DNA of 64,000 nucleotides, from the NCBI GenBank assembly GCA_951406725.2, contig OX597820.1:101804001-101868000 (forward strand), written 5' to 3'. Of this stretch, positions 25,521-38,857 are shown piece after piece (within the stretch, counting starts at the first letter, position 1; every line of letters starts with the position of its first letter). Made by a program: the position numbers and the translations under genes. The DNA comes from Octopus vulgaris. Taxonomy: Eukaryota. Under the pieces are notes generated by a model, which searched no databases, was not told the DNA's origin, and was given only the letters and a program-made list of their open reading frames with translations.

Positions 25521-28500
25521 ATAAAACTCTGAGTAGTAGAATGCTATAACCAAGAACATTACAGATTAAATACTTAATATAGCTAACACAATTACTTATT
25601 GATTTGTTTGTAAAATTACTCTTTACTGAATCACATTTACAAATGCATTAACATATAATATCTGTCTTCAGATATGTAAATACTATAAATAAATATGTAT
25701 GTATATGCATGTGTGTGTGTGGTAAGAAAAGATGTAAGTAATGTCAATAGGGAAAAATGGAAGCTGGGATTCTTAAAAATTTATATTATGGAAAAGATTT
25801 TAAGAATGCATTCTTTTTATAACTCAGAGGAATTACTAATTCTTTAATGAATCTATATTAGAACCTTTTCCAAACTGAAGAAAAATATAAGTGATGAAAA
25901 AACAACAACAAAAAGTTCCCCAGCTTATTATGACATTTGATATATGTATTAGAACAAAAATTGATGTGAAGCAGTGGAAAAAATTGCTTTTGTGGAAAGG
26001 ACCAATGAAATATTTTGATAATCATGCTTTCTTTAAGAGCAGTGAAAAAACAGGCAATGGTAATATTGAATTGATACATAGGCCATATGATCTTGTATTT
26101 AAATCAAATGAAGAATGAGATGTTATGATGTTCATGCATTTCTCATAATAAAGCATTAGAAAACATGCAGCATTAATCATTAATATTAAATGTTTCCTGT
26201 GGTAGGTATGGAACCTTGAAATAATATGGAACCTGGAAGGAGTTTTGATGAGTGACATGATTTTCTCAAAAAAGCATTAGCTGCATGCAGTGTCGAAATA
26301 AACAAGAAAAAGACATTCCCTGAAGAAGGTGGATAGCAAGTAGTGAACCTACTGAAGTAGATCTTACTTTGTTTTAGATAATTCATAGTAATATCAAGAA
26401 ACAAAATGGAAAAAGCAAATATTTTTCTATCAACATATTCTATATATAATAATTAAGACTCCTCTCCTACCAACCACAGATATTTAAGCATTTACATTAT
26501 TCTGTAAAAAGGAATGCTAATTTATTCATACTGCTTTGAATTAATCATGCATTATCTTGTACCTTTGTAATCTTAATGAGGTAACTGTTAATTTTTAGAA
26601 TGACATTATAGGGTTGGTGTGAGAGACCAGACCTGGCTACTTTGTACATAAAATGGGTAGAATATTTTGGCTAGATATGACTGGTTTAAATGCAAAAGGG
26701 TTAAAAATTTAAGAATTTTTTTTATTTGATATCTTTTTGGCAATTCTATCGGACAAAATTCAAATTGTAGAAATTTTCTTATATCTCTGTGGTAATATAG
26801 TCATTTCCTTATAACACCATATCCTGCATTGTTGCTAATACGGGATCAAACCAGGAACCAAATGATTACAAAATGAACTTCATAACCACACAAACATTGT
26901 TATTAATAACAGTAAAGGTCAATACTAACATACTTGATGTGGTGCATTAAAATTACATGATAATAATCATTATCATAATGAATATTCTCATCACGAAGGG
27001 TATAATTTCAATTAAATAAAATTTCTAGGCTCACTACATGAAGTATACAAGTACCTACATTGCTATTAAGTTCTCACGCAGCAGATAACCCTGAGCATTC
27101 CCCTACACCAACCATTCTAATAATAACAATAATAATAATAATTATAATGATAATAATAATAATTATAATGATAATAATAATACAGTTATACTGATAAAGG
27201 GTTCTAAACATGTAATGGGAAGTATAATTGGTTGGCCTGAACCCTAACATATGTTTCATATTTATCTGAAATATGTAAAAGGAAAAAATCAAGCCTGATA
27301 GGGTTTCAACACAGAAGACTGTGGAATCAAAGACATTTTATGACATTTTCTCTAGTATATACAAGAGGAATTTGGATTTGAAACTGTAAATGTTTGCTTT
27401 GGATTATTCAGAACCTGGCTCTTTGTAATGGTAATATTTAAAAAAATGGAATGCAAAATGATAACTCAGTTAAGTTTTATCACACAAAAGGTTAATGTAT
27501 CTTGATAATGGCCTTAATTAAATGTTATATATATATATATATGTCATGATGTTGTTAATGATTTAAACTCATTCAATTTAATTACAAAATCTACGTAGCT
27601 AATTACAGTGACATAACCACTAGTTTGAGAAGACATTTTCTGACAGTAATGAACTCCCTGAAACACCATTTTAATCATTTTAACCTTTCACTGAATCAAG
27701 TTTCGATTTTCAACTTATTAACAACAAATTTAAAACAATTATGCTAATGATATTAACATCATTAATTGAAGCTATGTTTGGTTGTCTGATTGAGCAGTAT
27801 TAATCAGTATACGGCAGAGGTATGGTAGGAGTAAAGAGAAGGAACAAATAAACAGTCAATAGTGAATCTGGGAGTAAAAAAACATTTTTAGCAGGTCAGG
27901 ATAAGCTGAATTATAATACTTGGCTTTAAAATGATAACAAATTCTATTACACCTGAGGTATTCATACTATTTCTGTAGACTTTATTTGCAAACTTACTGA
28001 TACAAGTGCTATCAGTTGAAAGTTCCACATATCAAATACCAGCAGGTTTATAGGGGTCATCAGGAGAGAATGTGCACCAACTCAGGGCCTTCCTCTCAAC
28101 AGTTATTATTGCACACTAAGATGATATCCTATTTGCTGGATCAATTGGCTATTAGGCTTCAATCAGTATTCTTCTAGCCATTGCTCATCATCTCTTTTTA
28201 ACCATATCCAGTGGTTGAAGGCACCAAAGAATAGTAGAAAGTGTGTTTAATGAAATAGTTATAAAAGACTTCAACAATTTTCTCCCTTTTCCTCTCTAGC
28301 TTTTTTTTTTTCATTTTCAGTTGTTAATCTCAAGTATATTTAACAATCTCATAATCCTTTCTACAACAGGAATAAGCCCTGAAATCTTTTTTGGGGGAAG
28401 GTTAGATGGTTACACTGACCCCAGTGCTCAACTGGTACTTATTTAATCTATCCCGAAAGAATGAAAGGCAACGTTGACTTTGGAAGAATTTGAACTCAGA

Positions 28501-29631
28501 AAAATAAAGATGGACAAAATGCTGCTAAACATTTTGTCTGGCATGCTAACGATTCTGCCAGCTGGCTGCCTTGCTTTAAGAATTTCTTAATACCATGCAA
28601 AGTGCAAAGTAAGGATTTAGATATAGAAAGAAGCATCTAAAAGTGCCTTCCTAACTATTGAGTGATTAAAATAACAAAGCATATTATCAAATATAAAATA
28701 TTAGCCCCACCCAGCCAGCATGTGTGCCTACAACTTGGTCTGTTTTTGTTTGTTTTACCATGCTAGTATGTGTTAGACAAATATCTCACTGAGGCATCGT
28801 TCTGAAGTTGGATACTCTTTCTGTAATTAATCCACACCTGCTTGCTTTTCAAGTAAGAGATATCATATTTCACATGTCTTTGAAGGTATAAAGTGAATGG
28901 ACAATTTGTTGACAGGGAAAGTGCAACTTTTGTACAGCGCAAATGCAAACAAACACACACATGTTTATGTGTGTGTGCATGCACATATACATCAAATGAT
29001 GGGCTTCTTTCAGTTTCCATCAACCAAATTCATTCTACTACATGCACAAGGCCTGAAATCTTGTGGAAAAGGAGCTAGTTGATTTCATTGACCCCAAAAG
29101 AATGAAAGGCAAAGTCAACTTTCGCAGAGTTTGAACACAATGTCATGAAGAACAAAATGTTGTTAAGTATTTTGTCTGGTGTACTAACAGTTCTGCCTGC
29201 TTACCACCTTAATAATAATAATAATAATAATAATGTATTTCTTTACTGTCCACAAGGGGCTAAACATAGAGGGGACAAACAAGAACAGACAAAAGGATTA
29301 AGTCGATTACATCAAGCCCAGTGGGAAACTGGTACTTTATTTATCGACCCCGAAAGGATGAAAGGCAAAGTTGACCTCGGTGGAATTTGAACTCAGAACA
29401 TAATAATAATGATCCTTTTTACTATAGGCACATGGCCTGAAATTTAGGGGAGAGGTATAGTTGATTACATTGACCCCAGTGTTTTACTGGTACTTAATTT
29501 ATCAACCTCGAAAGGTTGAAAGACAAAGTTGATCTCGGTGGTATTTGTTGAACTCAGAATGTAGCAACAAACGAAATACCCCTAAGCATTTAGCTTGCCA
29601 TGCTAACGATTCTGCAGCTCACTGCTTTTGC

Positions 29632-29663
<32 letters not shown>

Positions 29664-30043
29664 GCAGGAGTGGCTGTGTGGTAAGTAGCTTGTTTACCAA
29701 CCACATGGTTCCGGGTTCAGTCCCACTGCATTGCACCTTGGGCAAGTGTCTTCTACTATAGCTTCGGGCCGACCAAAGCCTTGTGAGTGGATTTGGTAGA
29801 TGGAAACTGAAAGAAGCCCGTCGTATATATGTATGTATGCGTGTGCATATGTTTGTCCCTCCAACATCGCTTGACCACCGATGGTGGTGTGTCTACGTCC
29901 CCGTAACTTAGTGGTTCAGGAAAAGAGACTGACAGAATAAGTACTAGGCTTTCAAAGAATAAGTCCCGAGGTCGATTTGCTCGACTAAAGGTGGTGCTCC
30001 AGCATGGCCGCAGTCATATGGCTTGAAACAAGTAAAAGAGTAA
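29664..30043 (+). mobile_element. Family A SINE, full length
   Basis: gcaggagtggctgtgtggtaag...ggttcagtccc...internal TA/TG tract...gaaacaagtaaaagag. Confidence 0.92.
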
Positions 30044-30274
30044 TCATCATCATCATTCTCCTTTCTACTACAGGTACAAGGCCTGAAAATTTGGGGTGAG
30101 AGGTGCTACTTGATTACTTTGGCCCCAGTACTTGACTCATATTTATCATATCAACCCTCAAAAGAACTAAGGACAAAGTTGACCACGGCAGAATTTGAAC
30201 TCAGAACATGAAGACAGACAAAAAGGCATTAAGAATTTTGTCCAATGTGCCAAAAATTCTGCCAGCTGGTTGCC

Positions 30275-30325
<51 letters not shown>

Positions 30326-31023
30326 TAAATAATAATGAAACTAAAAGGTGCTTATTGTGCCAGTAGCTAATGGTGCCCTTGGTATAGTGAGCAAAGGAAG
30401 AAAATGGTATATAATGTGCCAATAATTGTTGGTGCTCTAGATACAATGTACAAAGCAAAAATGTGTACAATGAGTCAATAAATAATGGTGGAGCAAAGAA
30501 ATTGAAAAGTGGTCAGAAAAGACAGACAAAAAAAAAGAAAAGAAAAGAAAATAGAGCACATCCAGAATACAGTATTATTTGGAAGTGCAAGGAGTCTCTG
30601 TGAAAGCCTTACTTAATGGGAAGTAGACCAACTACGTTAATGATAGCTCTACCAACTAACTGAGTATGTCAGATATAACGATAATAATGATGATGATGGT
30701 ACAAGGCCAGCAATATTGGAAATGGAGTGGTCAACTGGTACTTATTTTATCGTCCCTGAAGGGATGAAAGGCAAAGATCATCTCAGTGGAATTTGAACCT
30801 AGAATGTAGAGATGGATGAAAATTTCGTCCAGTGTATTAATGATCTGCTAGCTCACTGCCTTAATAATAATTACAATAATAAAGATGGTGTTTCAAATTT
30901 TAGTAGAAGGCCAGCAATTTTATGGGCTTACAGTGACCCCAGTACCTGACCTGTACTTTATTCTATCAATCCTAAAAGGATTAAAAGCAAAATCGACCTC
31001 AGCAGTATTTCAACTCAGACTGT

Positions 31024-31360
31024 GTGAGACCCCCTTCGGTTATGACACTGACCCTGGGATTGCACTAGAAATTTACCCTCCCAGGCACAAGTCCGGGCAA
31101 AGTTGTTTATGGAAGACCAGCAGTCGCCTATGCATACCGGCGTCCCCTCTCCACACCACCAGTATTATCCAAGGGAAAGGCAAAGGTCAATGCAGCTTGG
31201 CACCAGTGACGTTGCAACTCATTTCTACAGCTGAATGAACTGGAGCAATGTGAAATAAAGTGTCTTGCTCAAGAACACAACACACAGCCCGGTCCGGGAT
31301 TCGAGCTCACAACCTCACAACCGTAAGCTCGACGCTCTAACCACTGAGCCATGCACCTTC
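31024..31360 (-). mobile_element. Family D tRNA-derived SINE, full length
   Basis: Head gaaggtgcatggctcagtggttagagcg...gctcgaatccc, core cttgagcaagacactttatttcacattgctccag, 11-bp TSD actcagactgt (31013-31023, 31361-31371). Confidence 0.9.
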
Positions 31361-31926
31361 ACTCAGACTGTAAAGTCTGAAGAAATCCTGCTTAGCATTT
31401 TGTCTGGCACAATAATGATTCTGCCAGCTTGCTGCCTTAATGACGATGATGATAATCCTTTCTACTAAAGGCACAAGACATGAAATTTTGGGGAGATGAT
31501 TAGTTGATTACATTGACCCCAGTGTTTCACTGGTACTTAATTTATCAACCCTGAAAGGACAAAATGCAAAGATGACCTTGGAGGAATTTGAACTCAATGT
31601 GCAGTCGGACGAAATACCACCAAGCTTTTTGCCTAGCATATTAATGATTCTCCCAGCTCACTGCCTGGATAATGATAATAATAACAATAATAATAATGTT
31701 GCTAAACTGGCAACATGACCATTCCTAAATACAACAACATAATAATAATGGTTTGTGATTTAAGCACAAAGCCAGCAAAGTTTTTAGGGTGGTGGGTTAG
31801 TCAATATCATCAACAGTAGTATTTGACTGGTACTTCTATTTTATCGAACCCCAAAAGATGAAAGGCAAAGTTGACCTCAGTAAGTTTTGAAACTAGAATA
31901 TAAAAAGCTAAAAGAAATACTGCATA

Positions 31927-32330
31927 GCAGGAGTGTCTGTGTGGTAAGTAGCTTGCTAACCAGCCACATGGTTCCGGGTTCAGTCCCACTGCGTGGCATC
32001 TTGGGCAAGTGTCTTCTGCTATAGCCCCGGGCCGACCAATGCTTTGTGAGTGGATTTGGTAGACGGAAACTGAAAGAAGCTTGTCGTATATATGTATATA
32101 TATAGGTGTGTGTGTGCGTGTGTGTTTGTGTTTGTCCCCCTAGCATTGCTTGACAACCGATGCTGGTGTGTTTACGTCCCCGTCACTTGGCGGTTCGGCA
32201 AAAGAGACCGATAGAATAAGTACTAGGCTTACAAAGAATAAGTCCCGAGGTTGATTTGCTCGACTAAAGGCGGTGCTCCAGCATGGCCGCAGTCAAAATG
32301 ACTGAAACAAGTAAAAGAGTAAAGAGTAAA
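31927..32330 (+). mobile_element. Family A SINE, full length, young
   Basis: CpG-rich complete copy inserted into a family B SINE. Confidence 0.92.
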
Positions 32331-33387
32331 CAGTAAAGCATTTTATTTGGTGCTCTAACAATTCTGCCAATTCACTGCCCAGATAATATCAATAATGATA
32401 ACAATCATTTATAATGTAAGCACAAGGCTTAAATTTGTAGGGAATAAACTGGTTGATTACACCAACCCAACACTAGATTGGTACTTTACTTTATCAACCT
32501 CAAAAGGATGAATGGCAAAGTTATTCTTGGTACAATTTGAACCCAGAACTTAAAATCTGGTAAAAAAAAAAACGCAAGGAATCTTGTCTGAAACTTTAAC
32601 CCATTCCACTAGTACTTTAGTGTAAAGGCTACAAATTCTGGAAAGGGTTTAATGGATTACATTAAATTAAAGTACTTGAATGGTATTTTACTGACCTTGG
32701 GATAATGACATTGACTAAAATTTTATTGACTTTGGGGTAAAGTGGCTAACCAGAAACTCAGAAATGCTTCATGAAACAAAATAGAATAAAATCACTTCTG
32801 TTTTTCCCTTTGCAGAGTGAAAAACAGCAGAGTCATTTTCATTGCTTAAGGTATGAAGTGGAGAGGAATTAGATGAAACTGGGAAGATGTGATATTCATA
32901 GCATTTTAATGGGCACTAATTAATAAAAAATGAAGTAGTAACAATTAGGAATTGATGTCAAAAACTCTCAAACTTCTGAATAAGCAGCTGCTACATTAAA
33001 TAATGTGCTTAATAAAATGATTTCCTTTTGAGCTAATTATTATAAGAGAAGAGCATGAAATTGCCTCCCTCTTGGCTGTAATCCCACTTAGCCAAAAGGG
33101 ATTTTAGTTAAGTGAGCTGTATGGTACTCTCTCACTTGTATTGGGTGCTACCCCCCCCACACACACAAAAGCTGTCAGTATGCTCGGTAAAGTGGTTGGT
33201 ATTAAGAAGGGTATCTAGCCAAAGAAACAACACCAAAGCAAACCCTGGAGTACAAGTCCTTGACTCTCTTGGATGCTATGAAACCATCCAACCTATGGAA
33301 GCATGGAGGGTGGACATTAAAATATTGACGACAACGATGATGATGATGAGCAAATAAGTGATTTAAAAGTAATCACTTAAAAGTAAT

Positions 33388-33838
33388 CATCATCATCGTT
33401 TAACGTCCGCTTTCCATGCTAACACGGGTTGGACGATTTGACTGAGGTCTGGCAAACCAGACTCCAATCTGATCTGGCAGAGTTTTCTACAGCTGGATGC
33501 CCTTCCTAACACCAGCCACTCTGAGAGTGTAATGGGTGCTTTTACGTGACACCGGCACAAGGGCCAGTTGGGTGGTACTGGCAACAGCAACGCTCAAATG
33601 ATGCTTTTTATGTGCCACCTGCACAGGAGCCAGTACAGCGGCACTGGCAACGACCTTGCTCGAATGTTTTTTCACGTGCCACCAGCACAGATGCCAGTAA
33701 GGCAATGCAGGTAACAATCACGCTCGAATGGTGATTTTTACGTGCCACTGGCATGGAGGCCAGCTTGTTGCTCTGGCAACGATCACGCTCATATGGTACT
33801 CGTAGCGCTCCAGTAGCACGGATGCCAGTCATCGGATT
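33388..33838 (-). mobile_element. RTE-type LINE 3' UTR with internal roughly 60-bp tandem repeats
   Basis: (CAT)n-cgtttaacgtccgctttccatgct end; repeated gtgccac..gcac...ctggcaacga.cacgctcgaatg units. Confidence 0.8.
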
Positions 33839-33977
33839 TGATTTCGATTCATGTTGCTGGTATTTATACTATCAGTTCAGAAGAATGAAAAAGTAAACTT
33901 GTTTGGAATACTGAGATCACTACAACTATTTCCTATCACATTGAGATTGTGTTGTAAGATGTTGTTAAAACCTAGAT

Positions 33978-34568
33978 TCTTTTATTTATTTCAGTCATTT
34001 GCTGGAGTACCACCTTTAACCAAACAAATCAACCCCAGGACTTATTCTAACGGTTTCTCTTGCCGAACTGTTAAGTTACGGGGTCGTAAACACACCAACA
34101 TCGGTAGTCAAGCGAAGGTGGGGGGACAAGCACAGACACACAAACATATACATGTATATATATGACGGGTTTCTTTCAGATTCCGTCTACCAAATCCACT
34201 CACAAGGGCTTCTTATTTTTTACTGCCCACAAGGGGCTACTCACAGAAGGGACAAACAAGGATAGACAAATGGATCAAGTTGATTATATCGACCCCAGTG
34301 TGTAACTGGCACTTATTTCATTGACCCCGAAAGGATGAAAAGCAAAGTCGACCTAGGCGGAATTTGAACTCAGAACGTAGCGGCAGACGAAATACCGCTA
34401 AGCATTTCACCTGGCGTGCTAACGTTTCTGCCAGCTCACCACCCACAAGGGTTTGGTTGGCCCAAGGCTATAGTAAAAGACAGTTGCCCAAGGTGTCATG
34501 CAGTGGGACTGAAGCTGGAACCACGTGGTTGGTAAGCAAGCTAATTACCATATAGAAAATTCTGCGCC
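33978..34568 (-). mobile_element. Family A SINE containing a nested family B SINE (about 34212-34441)
   Basis: Family A sequence breaks at cacaaggg and resumes after the B copy with cacaaggg duplicated. Confidence 0.85.
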
Positions 34569-35279
34569 TATGCTAAATTTTAAAGAAGTGTTTTCAAGAT
34601 CTAAGAAACCTAGATATATAGATTAGTTTTAGAATAATGGCTATCAGCTTGTTAATGAAGATTGATAAAACTAATATAAAGATGGAGATAATAAAAACAT
34701 CTCCAATAATTTTTAATGAGAACATACCTTAATTTATGTGACAGAAACAGAAGTATGAAGCTACAAGGCAATAAAGTTTGATTAATGTTTTAATGTTTGT
34801 AATTATGTATTTATAATAGTGCAAATTCATCATTTAATCAAGACAATGATGTATATGGCCATAACTCAGAGTTTCATAGATACAAAAGTATATGTCTAAT
34901 TGATTAGATATGAGCGATATGATTTCTACCTGATTAGCAAGATATAATGTAATGCCTTTTAAAGGGTACGTTTAGTTGAGCCTTGAGCTAGGAACTGGCT
35001 GACTTCAGAATGGCTTAATTGTCGTTGTTAATTAAGATACATTTCACCATTTAATTAATAGTGTTATACTCAGAAACGTCAAAAGGTATTTGAAGAGAAC
35101 ACCTTGAGATGATAATAAGGTACATAAATGCTAAAAACCTTCCAAAGTAAGTTTGGTGAGAAAGAGCAAGGAATGCAGATACAGCATGCTGGGTAAAAAA
35201 AAAAAAAAAAAACAAAAAACAAACTGAAAGAGCTATAGTGCAGAAGATGGTGGCTTAATGAGGGGTTCTTATACTGTAC

Positions 35280-35440
35280 CTGGAATCGGTGATAGCCCTG
35301 TCCTTCCTTGGTGCGGCCTTCTTTGCTGACCGCCCAGTAAAAGTAACAGCTAGGGGAGATGATGGTAATAGCACTCAACAGCAACAGAATCGGGCTAGTT
35401 GTGTTTGCGAGCGTCGATAGCATCATGAAGACAGATGTCA
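35280..35440 (-). CDS. TP53I11: TP53I11-like exon with the last TM helix and cytoplasmic tail (161 nt, phase 1 to 0)
   Basis: Acceptor tgtttgttgttgttgcag and donor CAG|gtacag; GC/CpG-rich relative to flanks. Encodes (V)TSVFMMLSTLANTTSPILLLLSAITIISPSCYFYWAVSKEGRTKEGQGYHRFQ, similar to recalled human [44 protein letters not shown]. The 3' boundary is less certain than the 5'. Confidence 0.82.
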
Positions 35441-36433
35441 CTGCAACAACAACAAACAAGCAACATCACATGACAAAACAATACCATACAGAGACTCAAA
35501 AGGATGACACCAACAAAGACAGAAGATGAGAGATTTTGGTTAAATGGTGGGTAGATAGAAATTAGAGATACAATACTAGTCTTATAACTTCACTATATCA
35601 CAAATAAACACCAGAATTTGAGGAGGCTTGTGGTGATATTTATTGATAAGAGTAAATTTTGTAAAAAAACAAAACAATGATATTTGTAATATAACATGCT
35701 AGTTTGGGAAGAAGCAACTGCGTTACAGGAAACTGAAAGGCAGGTACAAAATAGTTGACTTTGTAAGGAATCTGATTTTTTTTTCTTCTGAAGATAATTG
35801 CCAGTATTTTTATGTTGTGGTTTCTTTATAGAAATTGCTCAAAACCATTTTTTGTTTTCTTTTTTTTTTTAAAAAAACAAAAAAAACAAAACAAAATTAA
35901 ATCGCATGCAAATTGTATTTATGTACTGGTAATTTCTACAAACAAAAAATTTAATGTTAACCTAATTTTGAATACAAAATAAACAAATATGTGTAACTAT
36001 AACATTAAGACGCTTTCAAAATTGAAGCATTCATAGTAGCTACTATTTTTTTTTTTTCACAAAGTCTGTAAAAACTGAAGAAATATTGAATAGTATCATA
36101 TATGAAAAGTTCACTTGTGTATATATATTTTCCTGCATAGCACAATTTAAACAATATTGAAACTGTAAATTTTTTTGCTGACTTCATTTTGAGTATTTAT
36201 AAAATTGCCAACAAGTTGGAAAACACAAATAATAATAATAATGATAATAACAATGATGATGATAATAATAAAAAATTGCATTGATAAAATATTAATGAAT
36301 ACATCACTTGCAGTCATTTTTTCGCATATAAGTGTCCTGCTGAATAAAGAGGAAGAATTAAAGACCAATAAAATTCTCATAAAAAAAACAATAACCTCAA
36401 GGTTTGATTTATTTTTTATATATATATATATAT

Positions 36434-36960
36434 AAATAAAATTATCCGGTATCTGGAATTATCCAGTAATTTTTTTTGCTAGTTTATTTTGTCTCTTTGT
36501 TTTCTCTCTTGGTGCTTATTTTGCGGTGTTTATTTTGACCATATCACGCTTGGAGATGTTTGGCGGGCAATTTAGGCTGGTCTTGTACATATGTGCATAT
36601 ATATGTATGTATAAGCATTTGTATATGTAAGTATAACGTATGTTCTGTATATATATGTATCTGTATTTATTTGCTTTCTGGTATATTCAACTGAAGAAGG
36701 CAGAGCTTCTCTGAAGCAAAGTCAGAAATCCAGGATCTTGAATTATCCAGTAAAATCTTTTTTGCTAGTTTATTTTGCCTTTCCGTCTTCTCTCCTGGCA
36801 CGATATGAACATTTAAGGTGGTTTTAGGGTCAGGGTTTTGACTGCTATTTCAGCATGGTGGTATCTCTCAGATACCCTAATTTATAGTTTAAATAATTAT
36901 TACCGTTGTATGGTATTTATTCCCACGATGGCCACTAGATAAGATCGATATTATTCTTTT
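36434..36960 (+). mobile_element. (TA)n-embedded Penelope pLTR-like insertion with partial tandem repeat
   Basis: Direct repeat of about 65 bp (36449-36513 and 36734-36800) beginning at the hammerhead cleavage region; TA repeats on both sides. Confidence 0.65.
36685..36743 (+). ncRNA. Type I hammerhead ribozyme motif
   Basis: attcaa-CTGAAGA-[stem II with gcttc/gaagc]-GAAA-tccagga-TC^-ttgaat; stem I attcaa/ttgaat; near-palindromic stem III; AUC cleavage triplet ending at 36737. Confidence 0.75.
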
Positions 36961-38122
36961 ATATATATATATTAAATATTCCTACAGAATACCTATGATA
37001 TAAAGCATCAACGAAGATAACTTTGTAAAATTTAGTGCAACCTGCAAGGACTGAGGGTAGAGGTGGTAGACAAGCTTTCAGATCATTTTGAATTAATCAT
37101 GCATTATTTCATAGTTTTGAGATTTTGGTGATGTGATTGCTTATTTTTAGAATGACAGTGTCGGGTAGGTGTAAGAAGCCAAATGAAACCATTTTGAACA
37201 TAAAACAGAATATTTTGGTCGGATATGGCTAGTTTAAATGCTAAAGTGTTATTCAGATTTAGATGGCTTCCATTATTTTCAAACTTGTTCAAAACTGTGA
37301 TGTAAAAAGAAAAAAAATATTTTGTTATCTCATTAATAAAGTGTCTAGACTTTGCCAAAATATGTCATATTTGATGAGAACACCTGGTATTTTGTTAGGG
37401 GGGACCCAGTAGATCTGACTGGCAAATATTCACTCACCGATACATTGAAATAACTGGCTCATAGACTACTCTTCTCTTTGCTGTTTCTGTCACTATGATT
37501 ACTTTTGAACTAGTTAACTGCATATCCTCTCCATCTATCACCCTAAGACTCTATACTAAACACTTCACTCACAATAACCTTCTGAAATTTTCTCATCCAC
37601 ATGTGCTTTTCTTGCATAGATTCATGCTAAGTATTAGTGGCACTAATCTCCTGAATCAAGGAGGTGGAGACTACTGAAAAGATAATGAGCCCTGTTCCTC
37701 CTCCAGTTAATTTATAAAAATACAATAACCATAGTTCCATCATTTTTATGACAAGCTTTTCAGAAGTGGAGAGGTCAGTTACAGAAACGTTTTTTTCTTC
37801 TTTAAAAATAGAAAGAGTGCAAAATTTGATAAAATTTTATCAAGAGTTTCACTAATCAGAATATTATTCTAAATTACTAAGTATTAAATGAAAGAAAAAT
37901 AATTAGAGTAGAATTCTGCTTCCACAGGCAATAATATATAACTTTACACACATACATGATATATATATATATATATATATATAATGGTTATGAGAGACTG
38001 TAGTATGCTAAAAGACATATTTAGATCATTGGGTAGTTTAGTGTAATAATGGAATGAGAGAATTTGATCCAATGCTTTATATACTACAAAGGAGATTCTC
38101 TGAATCCATATTTTATACTATT

Positions 38123-38165
<43 letters not shown>

Positions 38166-38637
38166 TTAAATTGAACATTATTACTTTCTTTTTGTAATTT
38201 CCATTTCTGCTAAGACTAATAGAAATAATGTATTGAGTAGCAATTTATAAAATTAGGGGAAAAAAACCAAACATTTTCTACATATATCATTATCTATAGC
38301 TAATCAAAATTGCCAGGTATGTATTCTTAATATTGAATGATAATAAAAGATATCAATATCAGATAATAATTAGTAACACACATGTACTGATGTCCAAATT
38401 TAAAACAATTTTAGAAGTAGTACATTTAAAAGTGTAAGGTATGAAAAGAACATTTGAAATAAATGGTAAAAAAACTTTAAATATTTAAAGATTAATGAAA
38501 ATTAATTAGACTGGACAGAATGAAAGATCTTTACCAAAGAGTCAATGTATATTTTATACGCTTATTTTACTGCAACTAACATCATATATTAACAAATAGC
38601 AATATTGTTTAGTTTAATAGAATGATATGGAGTTTAA

Positions 38638-38857
38638 CCCTTTCGTTACTGTATTTCTTTTGAGATGCTCTGTGTTTCTTTTAATTACTTTAAATATAAC
38701 AAAATATTTAGTAAAATAACTTAGTTATCATTGAGCTAGTGTTAGGAACATAAATTGTGACTAAGGTTTGGTGGAAGATTTTAATTCAAACCTTATGAAA
38801 ACAAGACATTTGTACTGAGAGCCAGAGCCGGTTTCAGCCGGGTTGGTAATGAAAGGG
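38638..38857. mobile_element. TTAA-targeting (piggyBac-type) MITE, family 2
   Basis: ttaa|ccctttcgttac ... gtaatgaaaggg|ttaa; second copy near 47612-47809. Confidence 0.88.

Larger units (their letters stand above)
28365..32740 (-). mobile_element. Chain of about 10-11 co-oriented family B SINE copies separated by (AAT)n
   Basis: Repeated gaccccagtg...ctggtactt...gaaaggcaaagttgacct...ggaatttgaactcaga...ctgccagct..ctgcctt units, each abutting AAT/GAT repeats; two are interrupted by younger SINEs. Confidence 0.85.

Noticed and set aside
25891-26118. 75-aa plus-strand ORF in unique sequence
   Set aside because: No motif, no clear splice signals, antisense to the host gene; length is compatible with chance.
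35079-35279. Read-through of the 126-aa ORF past the donor at 35279
   Set aside because: The extension runs through a poly-T tract (FFVFFFFF) typical of an intron; only 35280-35440 resembles TP53I11.
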